64,000 nt of DNA, taken from NCBI GenBank assembly GCA_951406725.2, contig OX597819.1, forward strand, positions 73,098,001-73,162,000, written 5' to 3'. The notes beneath the pieces were generated by a model. That model had not been told where the DNA came from. It ran no database searches and was given only the letters and a program-made list of their open reading frames with translations. Both the position numbers and the translations under genes were made by a program. The DNA comes from Octopus vulgaris (Eukaryota). Shown piece by piece: positions 25,740 through 38,490 of this stretch (its first letter is position 1; each line of letters begins with the position of its first letter).

Positions 25740-26030
25740 TACACACATGCATGTATAATGAAGATGTGTGCAGCTATAGAACATGTACGTGTAATCAAGA
25801 CGAGTGAATGTATAAACACTTGTACATATAATTAAGGTGAATTGCTGTATACACTTGTGTATATAAAGACGTGTGAAAAAGTATGTACGTATGTATAAAT
25901 CAAAGTGTATGAATTTATACATTCGCATGTATAATGAAGGTGAGTAAATGGATATACGTATGTATAATTAAAGTGTATGAATGTATACACACACGTATGT
26001 ATAATCAAGGTATATAAATGTATATACAAG
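25740..26030. repeat. Degenerate ~35-bp minisatellite (~8 units)
   Basis: Recurring atac..gtatgtataat.aaggtgt.tgaatgt-like units. Confidence 0.7.
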
Positions 26031-27034
26031 TCGTGTTTTTATATAATAATAATAATAATATAGTAATTTTAATAAGATATTATTATCATCACAGTTTATT
26101 GTTAAAACAAAAGTATTATTGAATCTCATTAAAATTCTGTCCATATCATTGAGAATACCTTACATAATTAAAATTGCTTTTAATTGCCATCATAATTATC
26201 ATTATTTCCTTTCGGTGTTAATTATTTTGCATCTTGTTTCTTTTTTTTTATCTAAAATGTCCCACTTTTTGGTGTGGGGAAAGGCATCAACACCACAACC
26301 TCGAAATTGTCTGCCCTTGGAAATGGCATTAATTGCATCAGAAATTTAGAACCGTTGTGGCTTTCCCGTTATTAGGGAAAGAGAAAGAAGACTTTCGCAG
26401 ACATACCATTAGGAATGGAATGCACACCACAACTTCCACTAATTCCTTGAACTGTTTGAAAATCTAACGAGTGGCAGAATCGGTAGAGCGCCTTGATAAA
26501 ATGCGTCGCATTATTACGTCCCTTTACGTTTTGAGTTCAAATCATAGGATCGGTTTTATACCTGATCGATACTTTTTACTTTTTACCATCATTCTAGATT
26601 GATGAATTAACTACCACTACAGTATAGTGTGTCTCCGTCAAATTTGTGGCCTTAGACCTCGGTTAACAATTATTAATAATATCATTACTGTTAATATTAA
26701 AAAAAGTAGAATCGTGTATTAGATTAAAATGTCTTTAGTTACGCCCCTTTACGTTTTGAGTTCAAATAGCGCCAGATTCGACTTTACTTTTCATGTTTTC
26801 CTTGGTCGACAATCGTGTACCAGGTAAATCATGACTTTCGGAATTAAATCAGTTTAAAATTTATTATTACCACTGTTAATTAATGGTATCAAAATCAACA
26901 ATCGTCTACGTGTCTTTTTGGCTTTGTAAAATAAATATGGGTGCTATTTGGCTGCTATTTTTAGCGGGCCAAGTTACTGTGTAGAGGCGTTCTTTTTATG
27001 TTTGCGGCTTTGTGCCCCATCTTTTATTTGTATT

Positions 27035-27920
27035 AGTCATTTGACTGCGGCCATGCTGTGGTACCACCCTGAAGAGTTTAGTCGAACAAATCGACCCCAA
27101 TAGTTTTTTTGTTTTTTTTTTATAGTCTGGCATGTATTCTGTTGGTCTTTTGCCTCACAGCCGTTACGGGAATGTAAACAAACCCGAACCGGTTGTCTAG
27201 TGGTGTGGGGACGAAGACATATATACATGACGGGTTTCCACACACTTTCCGTCTTCTAGATTCTCACACCAGACGTTGGTCAGTCCATAGCTGCCGTGCA
27301 GTGGGACTGAACCTGAAACCACGTGGTTGCGAAGCGACGTTTTTAACCACGCCACCATGCCTAAGAAAAAAAAAATTATCATTTAATGTTGTTAATGTTG
27401 CTGCTACCGCAATGCGTGTCTTCGTCATGGATGACTTCGTTAGAGTTCACTCCGTTGGTTTATCTCAATCTTGTCTTCTGTGTTCTAAGACATTAAGAAA
27501 CGATATTTAGCGATTTTGTTGCCGTTAAGAATTCAAAATCAGAACATTTACCATTATTGTAATGGCATAATTTTATTTTCGTTTTGATTTGGCGTCACTT
27601 TAATGACCACATGACTCATCAATAGCCGATGGTAACATGATTAGTTATGTACGAGTGTATATATATGTGTGTGTGTATAGGTATGATTATATCTTTTACT
27701 TGTATGATTATATCTTTTACTCGACACTGCGGCCATGCTGGGGCACCACCTTGAATTTTTAGTCGAATGAATCGATCCCAGTACTTAAAATTTTTTTTAA
27801 AGTTTGGTACATATTCTATTGGTCTCTTTTGCTGAACTGCTAGATCATAGGGACGTAAACACACCAACACCCGTTGTCTGGCGGGGGTGGGTGTGAGGAC
27901 AAACACCCAAAGACACATGC
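27035..27920 (-). mobile_element. Two SINE family A copies (27035-27362, 27700-27920), CpG-rich
   Basis: gactgcggccatgctg tail and B-box-bearing head. Confidence 0.8.
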
Positions 27921-28029
27921 ATAAGCCAGAAAGATTGCTTGGAGATACGTGATATTATTTATAAATATGTTTATCTAAAGTATCAAAAAGCACGTAAATA
28001 TTAGTAGTTCTTTCAGTTGTGTAGTAAAT

Positions 28030-28315
28030 TGATACTTGGCTCACGATTGTAAGGTCGTCAGTTTCCCAGTGACGCGTTGTATCCTTGAGCAAGACACTTT
28101 ATTTCACGTTGCTCCAGTCAACTCAGCTGGCAAAAATGAGTTGTACCTGTATTTCAAAGGGCCGGCCTTGTCATACTCTGTCTGTGTCACGCTGAATCTC
28201 CTTGAGAACTACATTAGGGGTACGCGTGTCTGTGGGTTGCTCAGCCACTTGCACGTTAATTTCACGAGCAGGCTGTTCCATTGATCGTATCAGCTGGGAC
28301 CCTCGATGGAGTGCT
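28030..28315 (+). mobile_element. SINE family B copy with retained CpGs
   Basis: gacgcgttg, gtacgcgtg, gcacgttaatttcacgagc. Confidence 0.85.
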
Positions 28316-29039
28316 CCTTTTTATATATATAACAAGCTTCTTTCAGTTTTCATCTACCAGCCCAAAGCTGTAGTAGAAGACACCCGATGTGCCACAAAGT
28401 GGGAATTAACCCAGAACCATGTGGTTGGGAAGCTAAGTCCTTACCACACAGCTTGCACCTAAGTATGTTTTATCCTATCTTGCTTAGGCCCTGAGAGAAT
28501 CTTTTTATAACTAAATGTGATCTGATTCATTTAGAACAAACAGCTGGAGAAAAAACAGGTCTCAATTGTCAACACATTACATTTCTTCCTAGAATATTAT
28601 CATAAATGATTGGGTTTCCAGGAAAACTTGTGATGTAGCTAGGATAAACCACACCTGGGGCAAGCTGCAGAAATGTGCCCCCCCACCTCCAATTACAAAA
28701 TCCACAGTATTATATAGTACTTGTTTGTTACAAGTAATTAATGGTTTTAAAGCAATAGTCTGGGAAATAAATACTTCACCGGGACTCATTTACCTACTGG
28801 TTTGGTACAGCCTGTAATTCAAAAATTTTTTGAATGGTTACTTTTATAAATTTTATACATGGAGTTGAAGCTTATAGTATTATGATCAATTCTGTGGTCC
28901 CCTAGTTATGCTACTGAACTTGTGTAACCTTTAATACACAGGAATAAAAGATAGAAAGAAGAGTGTAGAAGGAATTGAGATAGATGACATGACCATCAAA
29001 CCTATGTTGGTTGTTACTACATAAAGAGAAGAGATGAAG

Positions 29040-29403
29040 CTTTATTCTTTTACTTGCTTCAGTCATTTGACTGCAGCCATGCTGGTGTACCGCCTTTTGT
29101 CAAGCAAATCGACCCCAGAACTTATTCCATATAAGACTAGTACTTTTGTCGAACCGCTAAGTTACGGGGACATAAACACATCAGCATCAGTTGTCAAGGG
29201 ATGTTGGAGTGACAAACACACACACATATATATATACATATATACAACGGGCTTCTTTCAGTTTCCATCTACCATATCCACTTGCAAGGCTTTGGTCAAC
29301 CCAAGGCTATAATAGAAGACACTTGCCCAAGGTGCCATGCAGTGAGACTGAACCTGGAACCATGTAGTTCGTAAGCAAGCTACTTACTACACAGCCACTC
29401 CTG
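29040..29403 (-). mobile_element. SINE family A
   Basis: Homologous to 3641-4034. Confidence 0.88.
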
Positions 29404-29859
29404 CTGTTCATTATATGTTGTCAGGATGTAGAAATCTAAGCTAGGGGAATGATTATGTCAGTTGACATAGTGATATGTAGAGAGAGGACTGCCTTAGCCA
29501 TTGACTGATGTAGAGGAATGATTACCTTAAATAACAGCAATACATGTAGAGGAAGGATTACCATGTGTAATAGCAAAATCCATGTTCATGAACCCCTATC
29601 CTTCTCCCACAACTTAGCCATGCTAACTAGCGACGTTTCTCACCCCACTTCAATTTTCCCTCATGTACACCTACCTACCTACTCTCTACCTCTAGCTTCC
29701 ACTCTCCTTTGGAAATCTTGTGAACTCACCCACACTCTCCAATCCCTCAGTCCACTTCATTATATACACCACCCTGTAACTTGGGTGTATACCATCTTCC
29801 CCATCCCTCCCGTCACATCTTCACCAGCTTCCCTTCTCTCTCTTCTCTGTCTAATAATG

Positions 29860-30350
29860 CAATGGTTCCCAGCCTGTGGTCTACAAAGGTAGTACTGGGG
29901 TCCATGAACTAAATTCAAGATTTCATATATATATCATTATCATCATTTGACATCTGTTTCCCATGCTTGCATGGGTTGGACGGTTTGACTGGGGTCTGGG
30001 AAGCCAGGAGGCTGCACATCATGCTCCAATCTGGTCTGATAATGTTTCTACAGCTGGATGCCTATCCTAATGCCAACCACTCCGAGAGTGTAGTGGGTGC
30101 TTTTTACGTGCCACTGGCACAGGGGCCAGAGAAGCCTGGCATTGACCATGTTCAAATGGTGCTTTTTACATGCCACCGGCACAGAAGCTGGCCGGGGCGA
30201 GGGGACTGGCTTCAACCACATTTGGATGGTGCTTTATATATACATACATATATATATATATATATATATGAGCATATTAAAAGATGTCCATGGGAAAATT
30301 CATTTAAATTAAAGGGGTGTCCTTGGTAGTGAAAAGGTTGGGAACCACTG
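29860..30350. mobile_element. hAT MITE containing a family C insertion (29933-30235)
   Basis: caatggttcccagcct / aggttgggaaccactg TIRs; gtctaat-like TSD. Confidence 0.75.
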
Positions 30351-30769
30351 GTCTAATGCAAGACACTTTCTGTCCCTCAACCCCACCACTTCCAGTGCCA
30401 CATAAAAAAGCATCCAGTCCACTCTGTAAAGTGGTTCGCTTTAGAAAGGGCATCCAGCCATAGAAACCATGCCAAAACAGCAAAGCTTAGTGTGATCTTC
30501 TGACTTGACTGTTCCTGTCAAAGCATCCAACCCATGCCAGCAGGGAAAATGGATGATGACAGTGACATATAAGACACATTTTTTTTGCTCTCAAATGATG
30601 CCTCCAAAACATCACTCGTGATCCTAGATACGAAATTGAGCTAAAAGTTTTAATGCACCAACATCTTTTTTCCTAGATATGTGCTGCTGAAATTGGGAGG
30701 CTTCTTACATGCCTCAGTGTCTTTCATGCCATCAAATATGGTTTGTTAAATGCTATAACAATACATGTA

Positions 30770-31270
30770 GAGGAATGATTATGATCATTAACAGCAAGAT
30801 ATTGATAGGAGAGACAAGATTGGAGAATAAATGGGACCATAGTGAAGTATAAGAAGGACAATATTGGAGTCTAAGAGTTTGTTAGAGACCACACTGGAGT
30901 TGTAAGAATAAAAGTGACCACGTTGGAGTGTAGGGTCCACACTTGAGTATAAGAAGAGCTACAGTGGAATTTAATAGAGTACACTGGAGTATGGAAAAGA
31001 TTATGAGAGCAATAATATCAAAATATTGAGGGGACCACTCTGGAGTTATATGAAGAGCATAAAAGTGGGGTCAATTATGAGAATAAGAGTGACCACATTG
31101 GAATGTCGGGTCCACACTTTAGTATAAGAAGGGCAACATTGGAATTTAATTGAAGTATAGAAGTGACAACATCAAATATAGGGGGTCAACTTTAGTGTAC
31201 GGGAGGGACAATATCAAAAATAGAGGGTCCATCCTAGTGAATTGGGGTGGCAGAACCACATTAAAGTATA
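30770..31270. repeat. Degenerate ~20-26-bp purine-rich tandem repeat
   Basis: Recurring gaccaca.tggagtata.gaag.g-like units. Confidence 0.6.
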
Positions 31271-31569
31271 ATTTAAAGACAGAGGTGGAATTTCAAATAT
31301 TGTAATCGTAATTTAACTTCGGAGAAGAACTAACAAAAGTAGATTATCATCATCATTATCTAACATTCACTTTCCATATTGGCATAGGTTTGACAGGAGC
31401 CATACCAAGTTCCATTGTCTATTTTGGCAATGGTTTCTACAACTGGATGCCCTTCCTAATCTAATGCCAACTGTTTCACAGAGTGTACTGGGTGGTTTTT
31501 ATGTGGCATCAAACCAACAGGTTCACCAAGTTCCTTGCAAAACAAAAACCAAAAGATATATATATATAG

Positions 31570-31735
31570 TGAGAATTTACAAAAAACAAAAGACGAAGAC
31601 GGGTGTGTAAACAACAAGCAGATGTATTAGTTTAATGCTCAGGAAGTGAGAAAGTCTTTTATGTTTTGAGCTTACCCTCTTCGACAGAAAGGAACACAGA
31701 AATAAACAGGGAAAGAAAATAGAATATATATATAT
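31570..31735 (-). mobile_element. Penelope-like terminal fragment with decayed hammerhead-like motif, between (TA)n tracts
   Basis: Minus strand cttt CTGTCGAA GAG ggtaag CTC aaaac ata aaag (31655-31691). Confidence 0.45.
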
Positions 31736-31752
31736 ACATACACATATATATA

Positions 31753-32006
31753 TATTGGGACGGTGCATAATTATTGTGGCTTTTTTCAACAAATTTTATT
31801 TAACAAAAACAATAACAACATGTAACAAAAACATCTTTAAATGATTATTTTGGAGCATATTCACCATCTACTTTAATTACTGCTTCCCATTTGCTTGGCA
31901 GACGGTCAGACCATCATTTAAAGATTTTTTGTTAAATATTGTTATTGTTTTTGTTGAATAAAATTTGTTGAAAAAAAAGCTGCAATAATTATTCACCAAC
32001 CCAATA
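31753..32006. mobile_element. mariner-type MITE with long TIRs
   Basis: tattgggacggtgcataattattgtggcttttttcaacaaatttt versus aaatttgttgaaaaaaaagctgcaataattattcaccaacccaata. Confidence 0.85.
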
Positions 32007-32009
32007 TAT

Positions 32010-32480
32010 ACATCAAACTGAGTAAAAACTTTTTTTCAGATTTTCACTGATGATGTTTGGCAACATGTATCTTCATGTTATACCATTAATTTGATACAAC
32101 TCGTCCAATTGTTGTTGAATTGTTTTTTCCTTAATTTTACAGCTTTCATAATGAATGATGAAAAGAGTGAAATTAGAGCCATTTTATGCTACCTTTGGAA
32201 AAAAGGACTGAGTGCAAAGGTAGCAGCAGAAGAAATTAATGATGTGGAAGGCCCAGGAACTGTTGACGAACATATGGCACAAAAGTGGTTCAGACGTTTC
32301 AAGGAATGCAACATCAGCCTCAAAGACAAACCAAGGTCAGGGAGACCTTCTGTTGTGGAAGATGAAACTTTGCTTGAAGTGGTTGAACAACCAAACACAA
32401 GCACTCGTACGTTGTTGGCAGAACGTGGTCCTTCACAAGTTCCTCATGAACTGACCAATGACCAGGTTCACCAGTGTGTG
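32010..32480 (+). pseudogene. mariner transposase N-terminal (HTH) fragment
   Basis: IRAILCYLWKKGLSAKVAAEEINDVEGPGTVDEHMAQKWFRRFK..LKDKPRSGRPS. Confidence 0.88.
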
Positions 32481-33020
32481 AAAAGAACAAGGGGGAAGAG
32501 AGAAAAAAGAAAAAAGGAGAGAGAAAAAGTAAGAAAGAGAATAGAAAGCGAGAGGAGAGACAGTAAAAGGGAAAGGAATGCAACAAAGGAGATAAAAAGA
32601 AAGCATGATATTCTTTCAGTTTATTCTCCCAAAGTCAAAGAGGAAAGTTATCCTTAGTAACTGGTATTGATGTTTTGAAAAAAGAAAGAGACCATTGAAA
32701 ACTTTTGAAAGCAAGACATTCTTTTTTCAAAATTGAAATCAGTGCATTTTAAATAGGAGCACCCCGCCAAAATTTTTATTTTAAATGAAAAAAACAAAAC
32801 AAATCCAGTTTTGTAGTGGTGGGGAATAAAACTTTGAAAACCTTTTTTTTGAGGAGAGGGGTCAAGCCTTAATTTCCATTACTGAAAACAGAAATTTATA
32901 TTAATTTCTTGTGTATCCTAATTTTGTAATTATTGAATCAATGGTGTATATTCCTAATGAAACAGCTGTTGAAAGTAATTGAATTATGAACTATCTGTGA
33001 ATTTTATACTTTTGTATTTT

Positions 33021-33119
<99 letters not shown>

Positions 33120-33159
33120 ATCTTTTTTTGGTAAGTGAAAACATACATCTGGCTATACC

Positions 33160-34490
33160 AGTATCATGTAAAAGGTACCCTTGCATCATGGTTGCTGTTA
33201 ACATGTAAATGACAGCCATGGGGCAGATTGTAGTTGTGGTCATTCATCGTACCATGTAAATGGCACCTGTGGATCATAGTCATGGTCATTGTTGGTGCCA
33301 TGTAAATTGGCACCTTGGGTATCATAGTCATTGATTATAATTGTGGCACCCATGAATCATCAGGGCCACTACCAGTGCCATGTAAATGCACCCATTTGTG
33401 AATCGTAGTCTTGGTTGTTGCCAATGTCATAAATGGCATGTAAAAAGCACCCATTACACTCTTGGAGTGGTTGGTGTTAGGAAGGGTATCCAGCTGTAGA
33501 AACCATGCCAAATCAGACTGGAATCTCGTGCAGCTCTCTGGCTCATCAGCTCCAGTTTAACCGTCTGACTCATGCCAGCATGGAGAACAAATGTTAAATG
33601 ATGATGATCGTCATCATAATAGTTTAGCATCCGCTTTCCAAGCTGGCATGGATTGGACAGCTTGACTGAGGACTGGTAAGCCAGGAGGCTGCACCAGGCT
33701 CCAATCTGATCTGGCAAGGTTTCTACAGCTCGATGCCCTTGCTAATGCCAACCACTTGGAGTGTAGTAGGTACTGTTTATGTGCCACCAGCACCGGGGCC
33801 ATTTAAGCAGCACTGGCACCAACCACACCTGAATGGTGCTTTTTATGTGCAACTGGCATGGGAGCCAGTCAGGCAGCACTGGCATCGGCCATGCTTGAAC
33901 GGTGCTTTTTATGTGTCACTGGCATGGGTACCCACAAGGCAGTACTAGCATCGGCCACAGAAGCGATTTTACTCGACTCAATAGGTCTTCTCAAGCACAG
34001 TTTATTGCCCAATGATTGAAGGATACTCTTAAATGGGTCGGTTATGCTACACTGGTATATGCCATGGTTATGGTCTTACTTGGCTTGCCAGGTCTTCTCA
34101 AGCACAGCATATCTCCAAAGGTCTCAGTTGCTTGTCATTGCCTCTGTGAGGCCCAACGTTTGAAGGTCGTGCTTCACCACCTCATCCCAGGTCTTCCTGC
34201 ATCTACTTCTGCAGGTTCCTTCCATAGAGATTGGTACTTCTTTGCACAACCGACCCAGCCCATGTTACTTTACACAGCCAGTCACAGCCCATCTTTTGCT
34301 GCTGTGTAGCATGGCTGTTCACACACATGCATAATACAGTCTACATTTCATCCTGAGTGAGAGGCCCTTAGTTGCCAGCAGAAGTACGAGCTCTCTGAAC
34401 TTTGCCCACACTTTTCTTATAGCAGCTACGCTCTCAGAGCATCCACCTCTGCTACTGACTTGGTCAACTAGGTAACGGAAGCTTTCAACT
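33160..34490. mobile_element. Tail-to-tail pair of family C / RTE copies (+ to ~33608; - from ~33612), left copy preceded by a ~40-bp tandem array
   Basis: (ATG)n meets (CAT)n at 33598-33618; the right copy extends into RTE coding sequence. Confidence 0.8.
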
Positions 34491-34934
34491 ACTTTTATTT
34501 TTTTATCATTTTATTATTTCAGTCATTAGACTGCAGCCATACTGAGGTACCACCCAATACATACGTTTTTTAACATGATACTTATTCCATCAGTCTCTTT
34601 TTGCCAAACCACTAAGTTACGGGGGCGTAAACACACTAACACCCATTGTCAAATGATGGTGATCTTGGTGGTTATGGTCATGGACAAACACAGGCACAAA
34701 GACACGCACATATACTTTATATACGACAGCCTTCTTTCTGTCTCCCAAATATATTCACAGGGCTTTGGTTGGCCTGAGGCTATAGTACAGTGATTCTCCA
34801 ACTTTTTCACTACCAAGGATCTCTTTTATTTAAATGAGTTTTCCTACTGACATCTTTTATTATGCTTATATATATATATGAGCAAATATTCAGAAGTGAA
34901 TATTTATATAGATATTATTATTGTTATTATTATC

Positions 34935-36290
34935 CATCATCATCGTCGTTTAACATCTGCTTTCCATGCTAGCATGGGTTGGACAATTTGACTGAGGACT
35001 GGCGAATCAGATGGCTGCACCATGCACCAATCTGATCTGGCAGAGTTTCCACAGCTTGATGCCCTTCCTAACGCTAACCACTCCAAGAGTGTAGTGGGTG
35101 CTTTTACGTGCCACTGGCACGAGGGCCAGTCACATGGTACTGGCAACGGCCATGCTCAAATAGTGTTTTTTACGTGCCACCTGCGCAGGAGCCAGTTCAA
35201 CGGCACTGGCAATGACCTCGCTCGAAAGTTTTTCACATGCCATCAGCACAAGTGCCAGTAAAGCACCGCTTGAAACAATCCCACTCGAATGGTGCTTTTT
35301 ACATGCCACTGACATGGAAGTCAGTTTGCTGCTCTGGCAACTATCATGCTCGGATGGTGCTCTTAGCGCTCCACTAGCACGGATGCCAGTCATCAAATTT
35401 GATTTCAATTTCACTTGCCTCAACAAGTCTTCGCAAGCAGAGTTTAGTGTCCAATGAAGGAAAGGTACACATAAGTGGGCTGGTTACACCCCTGGCATAG
35501 GCCACGAGGTTATGGTCTCACTTGGCTTGCCGGGTCTTCTCAAGCACAGCATATTTCCAAAGATCCCGGTCACTAGTCATTGCCTTGGTGAGGCCTAATG
35601 TTCGAAGGTCATGCTTCACCACCTCATCCCAGGTCTTCCTGGGTCTACCTCTTCCACAGGTTCCCTCAATCCATTCTCGCCACATGACCATACCAACACA
35701 GTCATCTCTCTTGCACACCACATCTGATGCTTCTTAGGTCCAACTTTTCTCTCAAGATACTTACACTCTATCGAGTATGCACACTGACATTACACATTCA
35801 TCGGAACATACTGGCTTCATTCCTTGCAAGCTTATGCATGTCCTCAGCAGTCATGGCCCATGTTTCACTGCCATGTAGCATGGCTGTTCGTACACATGTG
35901 TCATACAGTCTACCTTTTACTCTGGGCGAGAGGCCCTTTGTCACCAGCAGAAGTAAGAGCTCTCTGAACGTTGCCCAGGCTATTCTTATTCTAGCAACTA
36001 CACTTTCAGCGCACCCTCCTCCACTACTGACTTCGTCACCTAGGTAACGGAAGCTATCAACTACTTCTAGTTTTTCTCCCTGGAATGTGGCGGAAGTTGT
36101 TCTCTGCACATTTTCAGTGTTTATTGCTCCTGAATATCTGCCATATACAAAAACTATCTTCCTGGTTAGCCTTCCTTTGATATGGCTGCACCTCTTATGT
36201 GTCCATAGCTTACACTGGGTACATCTTATAGAGTTTCTACCTACACCTTTTCTACAGATCGAGCAGGGCCATCTACCTGAAGGGTCCAGG
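34935..36290 (-). mobile_element. 5'-truncated RTE LINE (RT C-terminus with PHD-like finger, 3'-UTR, (ATG)n tail)
   Basis: ORF 35798-36316 (EVVDSFRYLG..ARIRIAWATFREL..KGRLYDTCVRTAMLHGSETW) and ORF 35518-35721 (GRGRPRKTWDEVV). Confidence 0.92.
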
Positions 36291-36666
36291 GTAATATAAA
36301 TAGTTGATAATAACAACCCAATAATATAAGTGGTTGCAGGCCTAAAATAGCATTATATAGCTATAGAATTAAAATTTATATCAATCATAAGGGCACACAA
36401 ATGTGCCTGCCTACGAGAATTAAGGGATAAAACCATCATTTAAACCACCAATAATAACATTGAAAATTATTATAGAAAATCAACTGTAGTCGGGTGAATG
36501 GGCCAAAAAAAATTTCAGATACCTATATAGCCCAATGCTATATATTTAAGTATTTGGATAGACATGGACTGGTTTCTGATCTGACATCCAGTCTCACCTT
36601 CTGCACATATTACTAGATGAAAAAATCTTTGCAACCTGTCACGTTGAAGTGTGGCTGATATATATA

Positions 36667-37974
36667 TATAGGATGTGTAAGATATTTGAGGACAGATGTT
36701 TACAAAAAAAAACATATATAATAACAGATAATAACTTTATTGATCAAAAAATGCTATACTCTTTACTCTTTTACTTGTTTCAGTCATTTGACTGCGGCCA
36801 TGCTGGAGCACCGCCTTTATGAGGATAAAAATAAATCTTTTTTTTTCAATAATGTTATTCAATAAAGCCACCTTCAGCTTCAACAACTGCTTCTATATGA
36901 GATCTAAATTATCTACATGCTCAAATCAAGAGGTCCTCATTCATTTTGGACATTACTTTGACTATGGCAGCTTTCAAAGACTCTTTGGTGTTATGGGCGT
37001 GTTCATTGACCTCTGTCTCAAAAACGCTCCACATGTAATAGTTGAATGGATTGAGATCTGGGAAATTAGGAGGCCAAATGGTAGGGTTTACGTGATCATG
37101 AAAATTTTCAGCCATCCATTCCTATGTTACCAGAGCCATGTGTGATAGTGCAGAGTCTTATTGAAGCACATATGACCTTCCATTGCATACACTGTCTATC
37201 CAGGGCTTAGCAATTATTTCAAGGACCTCAATGTAGGTGGCAGAGTTAACTCTAAGGCCTTGTGTAAAGAAGTAAGGAGGCATCACATGTCCTTTATTGC
37301 TGACAACCCCTAAAACCATGACAGTTGCAGGAAATTTTGTATGCATAACACTTGGAACTTCAGAAGGGTCTGTCATTTCTTCTGTTAACTTTTTGATCTT
37401 GGTTGAAGTTTTTTTCGGTTGAGAAAAACCAAATCAAATCTTCTGCTGGATTTTTCAGTTTGTTTAAGAGCCTTTTAGATCTGATGTAGTGATTTTCTTT
37501 TGTTTTTTCAGACAAATTGACCTTTCCTCGTCATATAAGACTTATATCTGATATCTTCATGGACAACATTTCTCACTGTTCCTTCTGACACATGGAGATC
37601 TTTTGCAACTGACCTCATGGACTTTCTGAGATTGTAGTCAATGGTCTGTTGAACTTGCTGGATAAATTCAAGTGTTCTGATGATTTCAGAGCATTTAGAA
37701 TGCTTTTTATGCTTTGATACTGGTGATACGTTTCCATCTGCAGTCTCTAGCTCCTTACAAACTATGTAGATGAAAAATCTGACAACTTTTAAAAATCGAG
37801 ATATTTCTAAATCACTATACTCAGCCTTTATAACGACAATAACAGCATGCCTCTTCATTTCTTGAGTAAGCTAAGGATCTGCCATTATTATTTTCTGAAA
37901 CAAAGATTATACAGAGTTAGCAAAAAATGCAGCAATGACCAAAAAAGGTATGTCCTCAAATAGCTTACACACCC

Positions 37975-37978
<4 letters not shown>
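36667..37978 (-). mobile_element. Near full-length but decayed maT/DD37D-like Tc1/mariner transposon
   Basis: ~30-bp TIRs (ggatgtgtaagatatttgaggaca / tgtcctcaaatagcttacacaccc); ORF pieces 37508-37858 (HTH), 37158-37376 and 36921-37115 (WPPNFPDLNPFNYYMWS); SINE tail inserted at ~36757-36818. Confidence 0.9.
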
Positions 37979-38018
<40 letters not shown>

Positions 38019-38143
38019 TATAGGTTAGTTAAGTTAGAGGTTAAAATAACTGTCTAGGCATACATATGCAAACTTATTGTGCTCATAAATAATAGGTATA
38101 GACAGGGATAAACATGGGCTTATTAAGAATCAAAATTGAAAGC

Positions 38144-38367
38144 AAACAGAAAATGGTAAAGCACTGATGAACAACAATTGACTTACATCAATTATTATGT
38201 ATTAATTCAATGCAAATAGACTGCATCCCATCTAACAGCTGTTTCTGTTTCTAATGTAGGAAGCAGAAACAACTGTTAGATGGGATGCAGTCTATTTCCA
38301 TTGAATTAATAAATAATAATTGATGTAAGTCAATTGTTGTTCATCAGTACTTCTTCATTTTCTGTTT
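38144..38367. repeat. Near-perfect ~110-bp-arm palindrome (inverted Penelope-like terminus)
   Basis: Arms 38144-38253 and 38257-38367 with a 3-nt loop; both arms carry GAAACA(G/A)CTGTTAG. Confidence 0.85.
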
Positions 38368-38384
38368 TCTTTAAATTCTATATA

Positions 38385-38424
<40 letters not shown>

Positions 38425-38490
38425 GGTCCCGGGTTGATTCGGGGTTAACCACAGTAAATAAGGTACTCAATACATAGCAGAGTAAAATTA

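Larger units (their letters stand above)
19600..28300. promoter_or_regulatory. CpG-retaining, repeat-poor domain; probable unmethylated promoter/regulatory region
   Basis: CG dinucleotides are visibly frequent here and scarce in both flanks; SINE copies inside keep CpGs lost by sister copies outside; YY1-like motifs at 21184, 21426 and 22495. Confidence 0.65.

Noticed and set aside
25740-26030. ~35-bp periodic array as CRISPR
   Set aside because: Uniformly degenerate AT-rich minisatellite with no repeat/spacer alternation.
20000-27000. Conserved bilaterian miRNAs or snRNAs in the unique region
   Set aside because: I saw no match by eye to mature sequences I know; an Rfam/MirGeneDB search is needed to exclude them.
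32091-32657. 188-aa ORF as a SETMAR-like host gene
   Set aside because: Mariner HTH fragment running into low-complexity purine-rich sequence; no SET or catalytic domain.
38164-38170. CTGATGA in the palindrome arm as a hammerhead box
   Set aside because: No properly placed stem II and GAAA downstream.
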